NCBI RefSeq assembly: GCF_002260525.1
Contig: NZ_MRYI01000012.1
Location: 117,395-181,394, forward strand
Reading direction: 5' to 3'
Length of the DNA: 64,000 bases
From: Hahella sp. CCB-MM4
GTDB lineage: Bacteria; Pseudomonadota; Gammaproteobacteria; Pseudomonadales; Oleiphilaceae
Under the pieces are notes generated by a model. It searched no databases. It was not told where the DNA came from and saw nothing but the letters and a program-made list of their open reading frames with translations. Position numbers and translations under genes: made by a program. This document shows, piece by piece, positions 38,924 to 49,639 of this stretch. The number at the start of each line of letters is the position of its first letter. Position 1 is the first letter of the stretch.

Positions 38924-41794
38924 ATGAGCAAGATCCCTTCATATGCGGAGCTGGCGCAGAATGATGCGTTCGTGGCCAGGCATATCGGTCCGAATGCAGC
39001 TGAAGTTCAGTCCATGCTGGAAGTCCTGGGCGTTGACAGTGTTGATACCCTGATCGACAAAACAGTACCCGCGACGATTCGCAACCCTGATCCCTTGAAT
39101 CTGGCTCCGGCAGTGACAGAAGAAAAGGTTCTGGAAGAACTGAAAGGTTACGCCGACCGCAATAAAGTCTATAAGAGCTTTATCGGGGCGGGCTACTACC
39201 GCACTATTACGCCAGCTGTTATCCAGCGCAACATTCTGGAAAATCCTGCCTGGTATACCGCTTATACTCCTTATCAGCCTGAAATTTCCCAAGGTCGTCT
39301 GGAAGCTCTGTTAAATTTCCAGACGATGGTCGCTGACCTGACCGGCATGGAAATCGCGAATGCGTCTTTGCTGGATGAAGCAACCGCTGCTGCTGAAGCG
39401 ATGGCACTTTGCCGCCGCATGAACAGCAAGAATAAGAGTATGAGTTTCTTCGTTGCCGAAGACTGTCACCCTCAAACCATTGAGGTGGTCAAAGGCCGTG
39501 CAGCTCCCCTCGATATCAATGTTATTGTAGCCAGTGCAGATGAAGCTGCTCAGCATGACTGTTTTGCGGTGTTGCTGCAGTATCCGGGAACCTTCGGTGA
39601 TGTTCGTGACTACAAAGATTTGATCAAGCAATGTCACGATAAGAATACCCAAGTCGTTATGGCGGCAGATATCCTGGCGCTGACCCTGCTGACTTCACCG
39701 GGTGAACTCGGCGCTGATGTGGCAGTCGGATCAAGCCAGCGTTTTGGTGTTCCCCTGTTCTTTGGTGGTCCACATGCGGCTTATATGGCAACCAAGGATC
39801 AGTTCCGTCGCTCTCTGCCTGGCCGTCTGGTCGGTGTGTCCATCGACAGTAACGGCGATTCTGCATACCGTCTCGCGCTGCAAACCCGTGAGCAGCACAT
39901 CCGTCGTCAGAATGCGACGTCTAACATCTGTACCGCTCAGGCTTTGCTGGCGGTTATTGCTTCCATGTACGCCTGTTATCACGGTCCTGAAGGTCTTAAG
40001 CGCATTGCCCAGCGAGTTCATCGTCTGGCGTGCAGCCTTAAGGAAGGTCTTCAGGCTGCCGGATTTGGCGGTATGCCGGAGTTCTTCTTCGATACTCTGA
40101 CCGTATCTACCGGTGATAAGACCGATGCTATTTATTCTGCAGCGCTTGCGGCAGAGATGAATCTGCGTCGTGTTGACAATGACCGTCTGGGTATTTCGTT
40201 GGATGAAACAACCACGGCTGAAGATATTGTCACGTTGTTGAAAGTATTCGGCCAGGATCAGGCATCTCTGGATGGTTTGAATCTGGACGGGGCTGCCAGC
40301 TGCATTCCGGCATCCTTGGAGCGGACTTCATCTTATTTGGAGCATCCTGTGTTCAGTCAGCATCACTCAGAGACTGCGATGCTGCGTTATCTGCGTAAGC
40401 TGGCGGACAAGGATCTGGCATTGGATCGCACCATGATCCCGCTGGGGTCCTGCACCATGAAACTGAACGCCACCACCGAAATGATGCCGGTGAGCTGGCC
40501 AGAGTTCTGTGACATTCACCCCTTCGTTCCGCTGGATCAGTCCGAAGGCTATCGCGATATGATCGCAAGCCTGGAAAATATGCTGTGCGAAGCAACCGGA
40601 TATGCTGCTTGTTCTTTGCAGCCGAACGCCGGTTCCCAGGGGGAATACGCTGGCCTGCTGGCCATCCGTGCCTATCATGTCAGCCGTGGCGAAGGACAGC
40701 GTAATGTCTGTCTGATCCCGAGCTCTGCTCATGGAACCAATCCTGCTTCCGCCCAGATGGTTGGAATGAAGGTCGTGGTGGTTGCCTGTGACAACAAGGG
40801 TAACGTTGATCTGAATGATCTGCGTGAAAAAGCCGAGAAGCACAGCGAAGATCTCGCCGCCATTATGGTGACCTATCCGTCCACTCATGGTGTGTTTGAA
40901 GAAGGGATTCGTGAAGTTTGCGATATCATCCATCATCATGGTGGCCAGGTATACATCGACGGCGCCAACCTAAATGCGATGGTCGGTCTGTGCCAGCCCG
41001 GCAAGTTCGGCGGTGATGTTTCTCACTTGAACCTGCACAAAACCTTCTGTATCCCGCATGGCGGCGGTGGTCCCGGTGTTGGACCGGTTGCTGTTGCTGA
41101 GCACCTGGCGCCATTCCTGCCCGGACATCCATTGCTGGAGTCCCAGAGCAAGGAGCGTATCAGTGCGGTTTCCGCTGCGCCTTACGGCAGTGCCGGTATT
41201 CTTCCTATTTCCTGGACCTATATGCGCATGATGGGCCCTCAGGGTCTGAAGGATGCATCGCGTATTGCGATTCTTAATGCCAACTACATCAGCAAGCGTC
41301 TTTCTGAGCATTATCCGATTCTGTATACCGGAACCCACGGTTATGTTGCTCATGAATGTATCGTGGATATGCGTGGATTCAAGGATACTGTAGGAGTGAC
41401 CGTTGACGATTTCGCCAAGCGTCTGATCGACTTCGGCTTCCATGCCCCCACCATGTCTTTCCCGGTTCCGGGAACTTTGATGATCGAGCCGACAGAAAGT
41501 GAGTCTCTTGAGGAACTGGATCGCTTCTGTGACGCCATGATTGCCATTCGTGAAGAAATTCGCGCAGTGGAGCGAGGCGAGTACAGCGTTGAAAACAGTC
41601 CTCTGCGGATGGCACCACACACGACCCGTGATCTGGTAGGCGAGTGGAACCGCCCATACAGCCGTGAACAGGGTGTGTTTCCGGTAGCGGCATTGCCTGC
41701 CGACAAATACTGGTGTCCTGTTGGCCGTATCGACAACGTCTATGGTGACCGGAACCTGATTTGTTCCTGTCCTTCGATGAGTGACTACGAGTAG
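38924..41794 (+). CDS. gcvP: glycine dehydrogenase (decarboxylating), P protein
   Basis: 956 aa; GcvP N- and C-terminal PLP-dependent halves. Confidence 0.95.
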   Translation: MSKIPSYAELAQNDAFVARHIGPNAAEVQSMLEVLGVDSVDTLIDKTVPATIRNPDPLNLAPAVTEEKVLEELKGYADRNKVYKSFIGAGYYRTITPAVIQRNILENPAWYTAYTPYQPEISQGRLEALLNFQTMVADLTGMEIANASLLDEATAAAEAMALCRRMNSKNKSMSFFVAEDCHPQTIEVVKGRAAPLDINVIVASADEAAQHDCFAVLLQYPGTFGDVRDYKDLIKQCHDKNTQVVMAADILALTLLTSPGELGADVAVGSSQRFGVPLFFGGPHAAYMATKDQFRRSLPGRLVGVSIDSNGDSAYRLALQTREQHIRRQNATSNICTAQALLAVIASMYACYHGPEGLKRIAQRVHRLACSLKEGLQAAGFGGMPEFFFDTLTVSTGDKTDAIYSAALAAEMNLRRVDNDRLGISLDETTTAEDIVTLLKVFGQDQASLDGLNLDGAASCIPASLERTSSYLEHPVFSQHHSETAMLRYLRKLADKDLALDRTMIPLGSCTMKLNATTEMMPVSWPEFCDIHPFVPLDQSEGYRDMIASLENMLCEATGYAACSLQPNAGSQGEYAGLLAIRAYHVSRGEGQRNVCLIPSSAHGTNPASAQMVGMKVVVVACDNKGNVDLNDLREKAEKHSEDLAAIMVTYPSTHGVFEEGIREVCDIIHHHGGQVYIDGANLNAMVGLCQPGKFGGDVSHLNLHKTFCIPHGGGGPGVGPVAVAEHLAPFLPGHPLLESQSKERISAVSAAPYGSAGILPISWTYMRMMGPQGLKDASRIAILNANYISKRLSEHYPILYTGTHGYVAHECIVDMRGFKDTVGVTVDDFAKRLIDFGFHAPTMSFPVPGTLMIEPTESESLEELDRFCDAMIAIREEIRAVERGEYSVENSPLRMAPHTTRDLVGEWNRPYSREQGVFPVAALPADKYWCPVGRIDNVYGDRNLICSCPSMSDYE

Positions 41795-41844
41795 CCGACG
41801 GCTCTCAATCAGTCTTTAGTTAAAAATAATACCGGAGACTCCGG

Positions 41845-41877
41845 TGCTCCCTTGCTGATTATCCGGCAGGGAGCACT
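41845..41877 (+). other. perfect 9-bp stem / 15-nt loop (GTGCTCCCT...AGGGAGCAC) between gcvP and glyA; no U-tract
   Basis: read from the sequence. Confidence 0.4.
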
Positions 41878-41942
41878 GTGCCTGAAAACAGGCTGTTCAG
41901 CAGGCGTATGGAGCTTCCATAGAACCCGAGAGGTGCTACACC

Positions 41943-43208
41943 ATGTTCAATGAAGATATGAAAATTGCCGATTTCGATCCTCAGCTTGCTGCTGCGATTC
42001 AATCCGAGCGTCGCCGCCAGGAAGAGCACATCGAACTTATTGCATCGGAAAACTACGTCAGCCCTCGCGTGATGGAAGCCCAGGGAAGTGAACTCACCAA
42101 TAAGTACGCGGAAGGTTACCCCAGCAAGCGTTATTACGGTGGGTGTGAGTTTGTGGATATCGCAGAACAGCTGGCCATTGATCGGGCCAAGGAGCTGTTC
42201 GGTGCCGATTATGCCAACGTTCAGCCGCATTCAGGCTCCCAGGCCAATGCGGGCGTTTATATGGCATTGATCAAACCTGGCGATACTATTCTGGGCATGA
42301 GCCTGGACCATGGTGGTCATCTTACCCACGGAGCCAAACCCAACTTTTCCGGTAAGATCTATAACGCTATTCAGTACGGCTTGAAGCCGGAAACCGGTGA
42401 GATCGACTACGAGCAGGTCGAAGCACTGGCTCTGGAACATAAACCCAAGCTGATTATCGCAGGCTTTTCCGCATACTCCCGCGTCGTTGACTGGCAGCGT
42501 TTCCGCGAAATTGCAGACATGGTTGGTGCCTATCTCGTTGTTGATATGGCACACATTGCCGGCCTCGTGGCCGCCGGACTGTATCCAAGCCCGGTCCAGA
42601 TTGCTGATGTCACCACCACAACCACCCATAAAACCCTGCGTGGACCACGTGGTGGACTGATTCTGGCCAAGTCCAATCCTGAGATTGAAAAGAAACTGCA
42701 GTCACTGATCTTCCCTGGTATCCAGGGTGGACCATTGATGCATGTTATCGCGGCAAAGGCGGTGGCCTTCAAAGAAGCTCTGGAGCCTGAATTCAAGGAT
42801 TACCAGAAGCAGGTGATTGCCAATGCCAAGGCGATGGCGACGACCATGATCACTCGTGGCTACAAGATTGTCAGTGGCGGAACCGATGATCATTTGTTCC
42901 TGGTCGATCTGATCGACAAAGGGATTACCGGTAAAGATGCGGATGCTGCACTTGAAAAAGCTCACATCACCGTGAATAAAAACACCGTGCCGAATGATCC
43001 ACAGTCTCCTTTTGTGACATCCGGATTGAGAATCGGAACTCCCTGTATCACCACGCGTGGTTTTAAAGAAGCAGAAGCCACAGAGCTGGCCAACTGGATC
43101 TGCGATGTTCTGGAAGACATCAGCGATGAGTCCGTGATTGCGACCGTCCGGGAAAAAGTGGCGGATATCTGCCGTCGTTTTCCTGTGTATGGCCGCAAAG
43201 TGTCCTGA
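41943..43208 (+). CDS. glyA: serine hydroxymethyltransferase
   Basis: [10 protein letters not shown]; PLP-lysine motif [14 protein letters not shown]. Confidence 0.96.
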   Translation: MFNEDMKIADFDPQLAAAIQSERRRQEEHIELIASENYVSPRVMEAQGSELTNKYAEGYPSKRYYGGCEFVDIAEQLAIDRAKELFGADYANVQPHSGSQANAGVYMALIKPGDTILGMSLDHGGHLTHGAKPNFSGKIYNAIQYGLKPETGEIDYEQVEALALEHKPKLIIAGFSAYSRVVDWQRFREIADMVGAYLVVDMAHIAGLVAAGLYPSPVQIADVTTTTTHKTLRGPRGGLILAKSNPEIEKKLQSLIFPGIQGGPLMHVIAAKAVAFKEALEPEFKDYQKQVIANAKAMATTMITRGYKIVSGGTDDHLFLVDLIDKGITGKDADAALEKAHITVNKNTVPNDPQSPFVTSGLRIGTPCITTRGFKEAEATELANWICDVLEDISDESVIATVREKVADICRRFPVYGRKVS

Positions 43209-43295
43209 AACGTTTAACGGTTATCCGATAAATCCAATGAGTGTGAGTGTTAAAATAATGACAATACTTCATTCCAAGCCTGCTAAAGGGAGAGG

Positions 43296-44681
43296 ATGAT
43301 CATGGCCGTTAGCGTATTTGATCTGTTCAAAGTCGGTATCGGACCATCCAGTTCGCATACTGTGGGGCCGATGAAAGCTGTTTTTCTGTTTCTTCAGGGG
43401 TTGAAGAACGAAGGAAAGCTTGATGAGGTTGTCACCCTGAAAGCCGAACTATTCGGCTCTCTGGCGGCTACCGGTAAGGGGCATGGCTCCGATAAAGCCG
43501 TGATGCTGGGGATTGAGGGAGATACTCCTGAGGATGTCGATACTTCCTCGGTCGAGGCCCGCATAGAGGAAATCAGAAGCAGTAAAAAGATCACTCTCCT
43601 GGGGGAGCGTGAGATTGACTTTATCGAGTCTGAACACCTGATCATGAATAAGCGGGCGAGCCTGCCATATCACCCAAATGGGATGCGCTTTACTGCGTTT
43701 GGCCAGGAGGGGATCGCTTTACGTACCCGTTTGTACTATTCGGTAGGAGGCGGTTTCGTTCTTGATGAACAGGCGGTGGGTGAGAACAAGATTGTTGCTG
43801 ACCGGACGCCTTTGCCCTACGAATTCACCAATGCGGTCCAGCTGCTCAAACACTGCCATGACAATGGCATGAGCATCAGCCAGGTGATGATGGAAAATGA
43901 GAAAGTCTGGCGCAGTGAAGAAGAAGTCCGTGCAGGCCTGTTGAATATCTGGAATGTCATGCAGGAATGCGTGGAGCGAGGCTGTAAAACGGAAGGTATT
44001 CTGCCGGGCGGATTGAAGGTGAAGCGCCGTGCTGCCGAGTTATACCGGAAGCTGGTCCAGCGACCCGAGGCAGCGATGCGTGATCCTTTGAATGTCATGG
44101 ATTGGGTGAACCTCTATGCCCTGGCTGTGAACGAAGAGAATGCGGCTGGAGGGCGGGTAGTTACCGCCCCTACTAATGGTGCCGCCGGTATTATTCCGGC
44201 AGTAATGCATTATTACGACCGCTTTGTATCCAGTGCCTCCGAAGATGGCATTGTGCGATTTTTGCTGACGGCAGGAGCGATCGGCGTCCTCTATAAGGAA
44301 GGTGCTTCCATTTCCGGTGCGGAAGTGGGTTGTCAGGGAGAAGTTGGCGTGGCCTGCTCCATGGCTGCCGGCGCATTGGCGGAAGTTACCGGGGGTACTC
44401 CAGATCAGGTTGAAAATGCCGCTGAAATCGGTATGGAACACAATCTGGGGTTAACCTGCGATCCGATTGGTGGCCTGGTTCAGATTCCCTGTATCGAACG
44501 TAATGCGATGGGGGCCATCAAAGCGGTCAACGCATCCCGTATGGCGCTGCGTGGGGACGGGCACCACTTCGTATCTCTCGATAAGGTCATCAAGACCATG
44601 AAGGCCACCGGGGCAGATATGAAGACGAAGTACAAAGAAACTGCCAGAGGTGGTCTGGCGGTTAACGTTATTGAATGTTAA
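43296..44681 (+). CDS. sdaA: L-serine ammonia-lyase (4Fe-4S L-serine dehydratase)
   Basis: [20 protein letters not shown]-terminus; 461 aa. Confidence 0.92.
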   Translation: MIMAVSVFDLFKVGIGPSSSHTVGPMKAVFLFLQGLKNEGKLDEVVTLKAELFGSLAATGKGHGSDKAVMLGIEGDTPEDVDTSSVEARIEEIRSSKKITLLGEREIDFIESEHLIMNKRASLPYHPNGMRFTAFGQEGIALRTRLYYSVGGGFVLDEQAVGENKIVADRTPLPYEFTNAVQLLKHCHDNGMSISQVMMENEKVWRSEEEVRAGLLNIWNVMQECVERGCKTEGILPGGLKVKRRAAELYRKLVQRPEAAMRDPLNVMDWVNLYALAVNEENAAGGRVVTAPTNGAAGIIPAVMHYYDRFVSSASEDGIVRFLLTAGAIGVLYKEGASISGAEVGCQGEVGVACSMAAGALAEVTGGTPDQVENAAEIGMEHNLGLTCDPIGGLVQIPCIERNAMGAIKAVNASRMALRGDGHHFVSLDKVIKTMKATGADMKTKYKETARGGLAVNVIEC

Positions 44682-44697
44682 GCCGAAGGAGCTGACG

Positions 44698-45819
44698 ATG
44701 GCTGAATCCAGCACTGCACTAAAAACACCACTGTATGACCTGCATGTGGAACTGGGCGCTAAGATGGTTGAGTTTGCCGGGTACATGATGCCGGTGTCTT
44801 ATCCTGCAGGCATTATCAAAGAACATACCCATACCCGGGAAAAAGCCGGTTTGTTTGATGTTTCACACATGGGGCAGGTGAGGTTGATCGGTCCTGACGC
44901 GGCAGCGGCGCTTGAAACGCTGGTGCCCGGTGATATTCTCGGGCTGGCTGAAGGTGAGCAGCGCTACACTCTGTTTACCAACGATCAGGGTGGAATCCTC
45001 GATGACCTGATGGTGACCAATGATGGCAGCTCGCTGTTCCTGGTCGTGAATGCCGCCTGTAAGGAGCAGGATATTGCTCACCTGAAACAGCATTTGAGTG
45101 ACCGTTGTGAAATGCAGATCCTGGAAGATCGGGCGTTGTTGGCTTTACAAGGACCGACAGCAGCGAAGGTTATGGAATCCTTTGCACCGGAATTGAACAA
45201 GCTGACTTTCATGAAGGGGGCTTTCGCGACCCTGAATGGTGCAGAATGCTTTGTGACCCGTTCAGGATACACCGGTGAAGACGGGTTTGAGATTTCCGTT
45301 CCTGCTGACCAGTGTGAAGCTTTGGCGAAAGCGTTACTGGCCCATGAAGATGTGGAGCCTATTGGTCTTGGGGCTCGTGATTCTTTACGCCTGGAAGCTG
45401 GTCTGTGTCTCTATGGACATGATCTGAATACGGACACCAATTTGGTAGAAGCCAATCTGAAATGGGTATTGTCCAAACCTCGTCGTAGTGGCGAAGCCCG
45501 GGAAGGTGGTTTCCCAGGAGCTGAAGCGACACTGAAAGAGTTTGCTGATGGCAGCAGCCGTAAGCGTGTGGGCATTCAGCCCGAAGGCCGTGCTCCGGTC
45601 CGCGAAGGTGCTGAAGTCCTGACGCTTGAAGGCGAAAAAATTGGTGAAATCACCAGTGGTGGTTTCGGTCCGACGGTTGGTAAGCCTGTTGCAATGGGAT
45701 ATGTGGCGACTGAGCATGCGGCTGTTGGTACCAAATTGAAAGTACTGTTGCGTGGTCGGGAAATTGCGGCAGAAGTTGTGCCCGCGATTTTCGTTGAACA
45801 TCGCTACTTTCGGGGTTAA
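44698..45819 (+). CDS. gcvT: glycine cleavage system aminomethyltransferase T
   Basis: TPLYDLHVELGAKMVEFAGYMMPVSY...; AAGGAG RBS before ATG 44698. Confidence 0.93.
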   Translation: MAESSTALKTPLYDLHVELGAKMVEFAGYMMPVSYPAGIIKEHTHTREKAGLFDVSHMGQVRLIGPDAAAALETLVPGDILGLAEGEQRYTLFTNDQGGILDDLMVTNDGSSLFLVVNAACKEQDIAHLKQHLSDRCEMQILEDRALLALQGPTAAKVMESFAPELNKLTFMKGAFATLNGAECFVTRSGYTGEDGFEISVPADQCEALAKALLAHEDVEPIGLGARDSLRLEAGLCLYGHDLNTDTNLVEANLKWVLSKPRRSGEAREGGFPGAEATLKEFADGSSRKRVGIQPEGRAPVREGAEVLTLEGEKIGEITSGGFGPTVGKPVAMGYVATEHAAVGTKLKVLLRGREIAAEVVPAIFVEHRYFRG

Positions 45820-45821
45820 TC

Positions 45822-45896
45822 ATTTCTGCCGCGGCTGATTAATCCTCCTGTGATTAGTTATTTCTCCCGTGGTTAGTTATTTTCCCTGTGATTAAA
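45822..45896. repeat. degenerate ~20-bp tandem repeats (GATTAGTTATTTCTCCCGTG-type) 3' of gcvT
   Basis: read from the sequence. Confidence 0.65.
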
Positions 45897-45916
45897 AGTT
45901 CCTGAAAAGTGTGAGG

Positions 45917-45948
45917 CAGGACGGAAGAATGTTCCGTCCTGTTTTTTC
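45917..45948 (+). terminator. intrinsic terminator: CAGGACGGAA-gaatg-TTCCGTCCTG followed by TTTTTT
   Basis: 10-bp perfect stem plus a U-tract. Confidence 0.8.
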
Positions 45949-46060
45949 GGTGTCTTGCTTCATTAAATCTCGCTTATATGGCGGTCTTCCGCTTGTTCTT
46001 CCTTCTCAAGCCTGTCAGTATGTCTCGCAGTTACATATCAGTTGTTGATGGATTGTCTGG

Positions 46061-47029
46061 ATGGAGACTATAAAAATCCGACTACTTGCAATTTTCTGCC
46101 TATTTTTCGCTTCTGTTGTCCATGCGGAAGCTCCTGACTCCCCGGCTCAAAAACTATCTTCCAGCCAGATCACTATGACGGCCAGGCCAGATCCTGCCAA
46201 TATTCAGCTTGCATCGGTAAAGGCGGCTGTATTTGATCTGGAGAAACGCAAGACGCTCTACAGTAAAAACGCGGATTGGGTTGTGCCGATTGCGTCAATC
46301 ACCAAAGTGATGACATCCATGGTCGTTCTGGATTCCGGCGAGTCCCTGAAAGAAATTATCACGATTTCCGAACCTGACCGTGAAACGCATAAGAATGCTT
46401 ATTCCCGAATTCGGGTGGGTTCTGAAATCAGTCGCGGAGACCTCATGCTGCTGGCACTGATGTCATCAGAAAACCTTGCCGCGAATGTCCTGGCCCAGGC
46501 GCATCCTGGCGGGATAGAAGCCTTTGTTACTGCGATGAATGCGAAAGCCAAGAAACTTGGTATGAGCAACTCTCATTTCACTGATCCCAGCGGATTATCA
46601 GTCACCAATGTATCGACGGCAGCTGATCTGGTTAAAATGATCCAGGCAGCGCTGACCTATGATAAAATTCGCGAATTCACTACCACGACCAGGTATGATG
46701 CCCGATTCAGGAACCCCAGATACACGCTGGCATACGGCAATACTAACCTGCTGGTTCGTCGGGACAGCTGGGATGTGAAATTCAGCAAGACCGGCTATAT
46801 CACTGAGGCTGGGCGTTGTCTGATCATGGTGAGTAATATTGCCGGCAATGATGTTGCCATGGTATTCCTGGATTCATTTGGCAAGCGCAGCCCTATCGGG
46901 GATGCCGGTCGAGTGAAGCGTTGGCTTACTACCGGGCAGAGTGGTTCTGTGGCAAAGGCGGCGCGCCAGTATGAACGTGAAAGGATCGCTGAATACGAGC
47001 AGAAAACGGCACTAGCCAGCGACTCCTGA
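46061..47029 (+). CDS. pbpG: D-alanyl-D-alanine endopeptidase / carboxypeptidase (PBP7, S11 peptidase)
   Basis: signal peptide; SITK active-site motif, SSEN and KTG triads. Confidence 0.85.
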   Translation: METIKIRLLAIFCLFFASVVHAEAPDSPAQKLSSSQITMTARPDPANIQLASVKAAVFDLEKRKTLYSKNADWVVPIASITKVMTSMVVLDSGESLKEIITISEPDRETHKNAYSRIRVGSEISRGDLMLLALMSSENLAANVLAQAHPGGIEAFVTAMNAKAKKLGMSNSHFTDPSGLSVTNVSTAADLVKMIQAALTYDKIREFTTTTRYDARFRNPRYTLAYGNTNLLVRRDSWDVKFSKTGYITEAGRCLIMVSNIAGNDVAMVFLDSFGKRSPIGDAGRVKRWLTTGQSGSVAKAARQYERERIAEYEQKTALASDS

Positions 47030-47045
47030 ACAGGGTGACGGCGGA

Positions 47046-47083
47046 AGGGACTATCCGAAACAATCCCTGGCTCTTCTTTTTTC
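47046..47083 (+). terminator. weak hairpin plus a T-tract after pbpG
   Basis: AGGGA...TCCCT stem followed by CTTCTTTTTTCC. Confidence 0.3.
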
Positions 47084-47102
47084 CTTTGAGGTACATCGAT
47101 TA

Positions 47103-47450
47103 ATGAAACTCTATATGCTGGTTGACACCATGGACTGGGATGATGTGGATGAATCTATGACAGCTGCCATTACGGAATGGGCAGGTAAGCAGGGAGAGGA
47201 AGTAGAGTTGGTAAACCTGACGGATGATGACACCGGCGAGCGTCATCTGGGAATTAACATCCATGCCAGTAAAGCCGCTCAATTAAGAGAACCTTTGAAC
47301 TTTCTTTATGGACTGGCCAAAAGCCACAAGCTGGAATTTGTCGTCGGAATATATGATCCGGATAGCCGGGCCATGGAGGATATCTGCTATTTTGGTCATG
47401 AAGAAGGCAAACCCGATGCGTTCGAGGTTGCAAACTATTTGTTCATGTGA
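47103..47450 (+). CDS. hypothetical acidic protein
   Basis: 115-aa ORF with no domain assigned. Confidence 0.45.
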   Translation: MKLYMLVDTMDWDDVDESMTAAITEWAGKQGEEVELVNLTDDDTGERHLGINIHASKAAQLREPLNFLYGLAKSHKLEFVVGIYDPDSRAMEDICYFGHEEGKPDAFEVANYLFM

Positions 47451-47503
47451 TGGTTCCTATCTATTTATGTGGTAGTTCTGTCTATTCATGTGACGTTTCT
47501 GTC
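47436..47503. repeat. degenerate ~21-bp tandem repeats (GGTTCCTATCTATTTATGTG-type) overlapping the stop of the 47103..47450 ORF
   Basis: read from the sequence. Confidence 0.6.
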
Positions 47504-47540
47504 GGGCGCGCCGGCCCCGGTAAGTCTGCATAGCGCGTTT

Positions 47541-47978
47541 TCATCTGGCTATGGCGTAAGAGCCTTCGAATAGCATGGCTTGGTTGTCATCCGCAGTCAC
47601 GGTGGTATTCAAATGAAAACGTGCGAGCCCTTTGCGCGAAAACAAGCGTAACGCCCTGTCGATTTGTTCCTCTGAGTTAAAAACACAAGTAGCCTCGATA
47701 TCGCCGTTTACCGGGCGCATAAATCGGGTATGGCTCTCATGAATCATGATGTCCGCCTGTATGTGGCGTTCTTTTGTCATTAAGAACAGAAGCCCCCACC
47801 CAGCCAGCACTGCCGTCGAATAAAGACTTCCTCCAAATGCGGTACCTTTATCATTGCGATTGGGAACCAGTGGCGACCGTAGTGTCAGCGACATGCCGTC
47901 ATATTTCAGGACTTGCAGATTCATGGCCCGGGTAATGGGGATATCGCTGTAAAAGGTATTTTGCAGAAGCTCTATCAT
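47541..47978 (-). CDS. hotdog-fold thioesterase family protein (YiiD C-terminal-like)
   Basis: 145 aa; pattern consistent with the DUF4442/YiiD_C thioesterase fold. Confidence 0.5.
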   Translation of the reverse strand: MIELLQNTFYSDIPITRAMNLQVLKYDGMSLTLRSPLVPNRNDKGTAFGGSLYSTAVLAGWGLLFLMTKERHIQADIMIHESHTRFMRPVNGDIEATCVFNSEEQIDRALRLFSRKGLARFHLNTTVTADDNQAMLFEGSYAIAR

Positions 47979-48066
47979 AGGTACGGCTCATTACAGATCC
48001 AAACGTAGGCAGACCATAAAGGGTTTCCGTGTAACATGAAATAGGAAGAAAGAACGAGTCAGGAGG

Positions 48067-48480
48067 TTAATCTTCTATCTTTCGCCGCATTGATTTGATC
48101 TGGCCACGTTTGGTTTTACTGTCCATGCGCCTGTTCTGAGAAGCGCGAGTCGGTTTGGTGGCTTTACGTTTTTTTTGGACTCTGGTGGCGTCCTGAATCA
48201 ATCCGATCAGGCGTTGTTCGGCAGCCTGGCGGTTCAGCTCCTGGCTCTTATGCTCCTGGGATTTGATGACGATGACGCCGTCTTGGGTGATACGGTGATC
48301 GCTGTATGCCAGAAGCTTTTCTTTGTAAAACTCCGGTAGCGAGGAGGCCTTGATGTCAAATCTCAGGTGAATGGCGCTGGACACCTTGTTGACGTTTTGC
48401 CCCCCGGAACCCTGGGCCCGGATGGCGGTGAACTCAAGCTCGCTGTCGGGAATTGAGACGGAATTTGAAATAATCAACAT
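48067..48480 (-). CDS. arfB: alternative ribosome-rescue factor ArfB (peptidyl-tRNA hydrolase)
   Basis: GGQ motif in [25 protein letters not shown]; basic C-terminal tail; start taken at MLIISNS. Confidence 0.88.
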   Translation of the reverse strand: MLIISNSVSIPDSELEFTAIRAQGSGGQNVNKVSSAIHLRFDIKASSLPEFYKEKLLAYSDHRITQDGVIVIKSQEHKSQELNRQAAEQRLIGLIQDATRVQKKRKATKPTRASQNRRMDSKTKRGQIKSMRRKIED

Positions 48481-48653
48481 TTTATAGGTTTTGCTATCTT
48501 CGGCTAGTTCATTCATTCTCATTATGTCATGAATTGACGCAATGGCTTGACTAATTTTCTGTATATAAATACAGTGTTTGGGCTCGCAACCAATTGAACA
48601 TCACTTTCAATCAAACCAATGTTGAACAGATTTCATTATGAGGAAAACTAAGT

Positions 48654-48932
48654 ATGGGCGTTGGAGTACTTTACTATTCAGAGCGCGATGCGTTAGAGGA
48701 TGTCATGGCTGATCCCGAAAACCTCCTGTTTGCATCCAAGAAAGACGCTGATGAGCGTGACAAAATGCTCGAATATTCCGAGGCCGTGCTGATGTTTTTG
48801 CAGCGGGAAGTTCCGGATCTTACAGACGATATGGCAGAACAGGTTGCCATGAAGATTGCAGAAAACCGTCACTTGTTTGCCAGGGCAGCCAAAACTCCAG
48901 ATGTATTGTACGGCGAGTCTGACGACGAATAG
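48654..48932 (+). CDS. yebG: YebG family (DNA damage-inducible) protein
   Basis: VLYYSERD...LLFASKKDADERDKMLE parallels E. coli YebG (VKYVVIREGEEKMSFTSKKEAEAYDKML). Confidence 0.7.
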   Translation: MGVGVLYYSERDALEDVMADPENLLFASKKDADERDKMLEYSEAVLMFLQREVPDLTDDMAEQVAMKIAENRHLFARAAKTPDVLYGESDDE

Positions 48933-49017
48933 TCTCGGTGGAAAATCAGCCGGCAGGTGTTTGTTCTGGTCCCTATCTCGGTCCTGGTCACAAAAACATT
49001 GAGGGAACGACACTCAA

Positions 49018-49608
49018 TTGTCTCATTCTATAGATAGCCAAATCTCACCTATTGCCGGTTTAGGTGAGCCTGAGGCGTTTCTGCGGGTTTATATCGCTAA
49101 TCGGCCGCCACTGTCTCCCTATGATCAGTTGGACCATCTCCGTGTATTGGAATCAGGTGAAATCGCGGATATCGTCGCGAAAACCGGCAATCATTGGCGA
49201 AAGATCTTTAACTTGTATGCCAAGCTGGCATTTTTCCTGGATTCTCTCGCAGCCAAAAGCAAAGTCGGTCAGCTTCCTGATAACGGACAGATCGGTTCTG
49301 GACAAAACCGCCGTTCGCAAGACAGTACTTGGCAGAACTATCGGGATCATACGCTGCTGCAAAGGGGGAGTGGGCAGGCACTGCTTTTTTCCGCCCCGGT
49401 CCTATCGACGCATGCTGTCCACATCATTATGGGCAAACAGCATGCGCAATCGCTCTCAGTGATGACATGGTTTGATGACTGGGAAATCATCAACCCGGAT
49501 TTCAGTGTCAGTCGCCAGGGACGCATGGTGCTCTGTCCCTATTTTGATTATCGCCAGTTAAGCAACCAGAAACTCGATCTCCTGGTTCAATTGGTGACCT
49601 CTCTTTAA
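49018..49608 (+). CDS. hypothetical protein
   Basis: 196-aa ORF with no assignable domain. Confidence 0.4.
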   Translation: MSHSIDSQISPIAGLGEPEAFLRVYIANRPPLSPYDQLDHLRVLESGEIADIVAKTGNHWRKIFNLYAKLAFFLDSLAAKSKVGQLPDNGQIGSGQNRRSQDSTWQNYRDHTLLQRGSGQALLFSAPVLSTHAVHIIMGKQHAQSLSVMTWFDDWEIINPDFSVSRQGRMVLCPYFDYRQLSNQKLDLLVQLVTSL

Positions 49609-49639
49609 CCTGACTGAAGTCTGCCCGATTATTGCCGAA

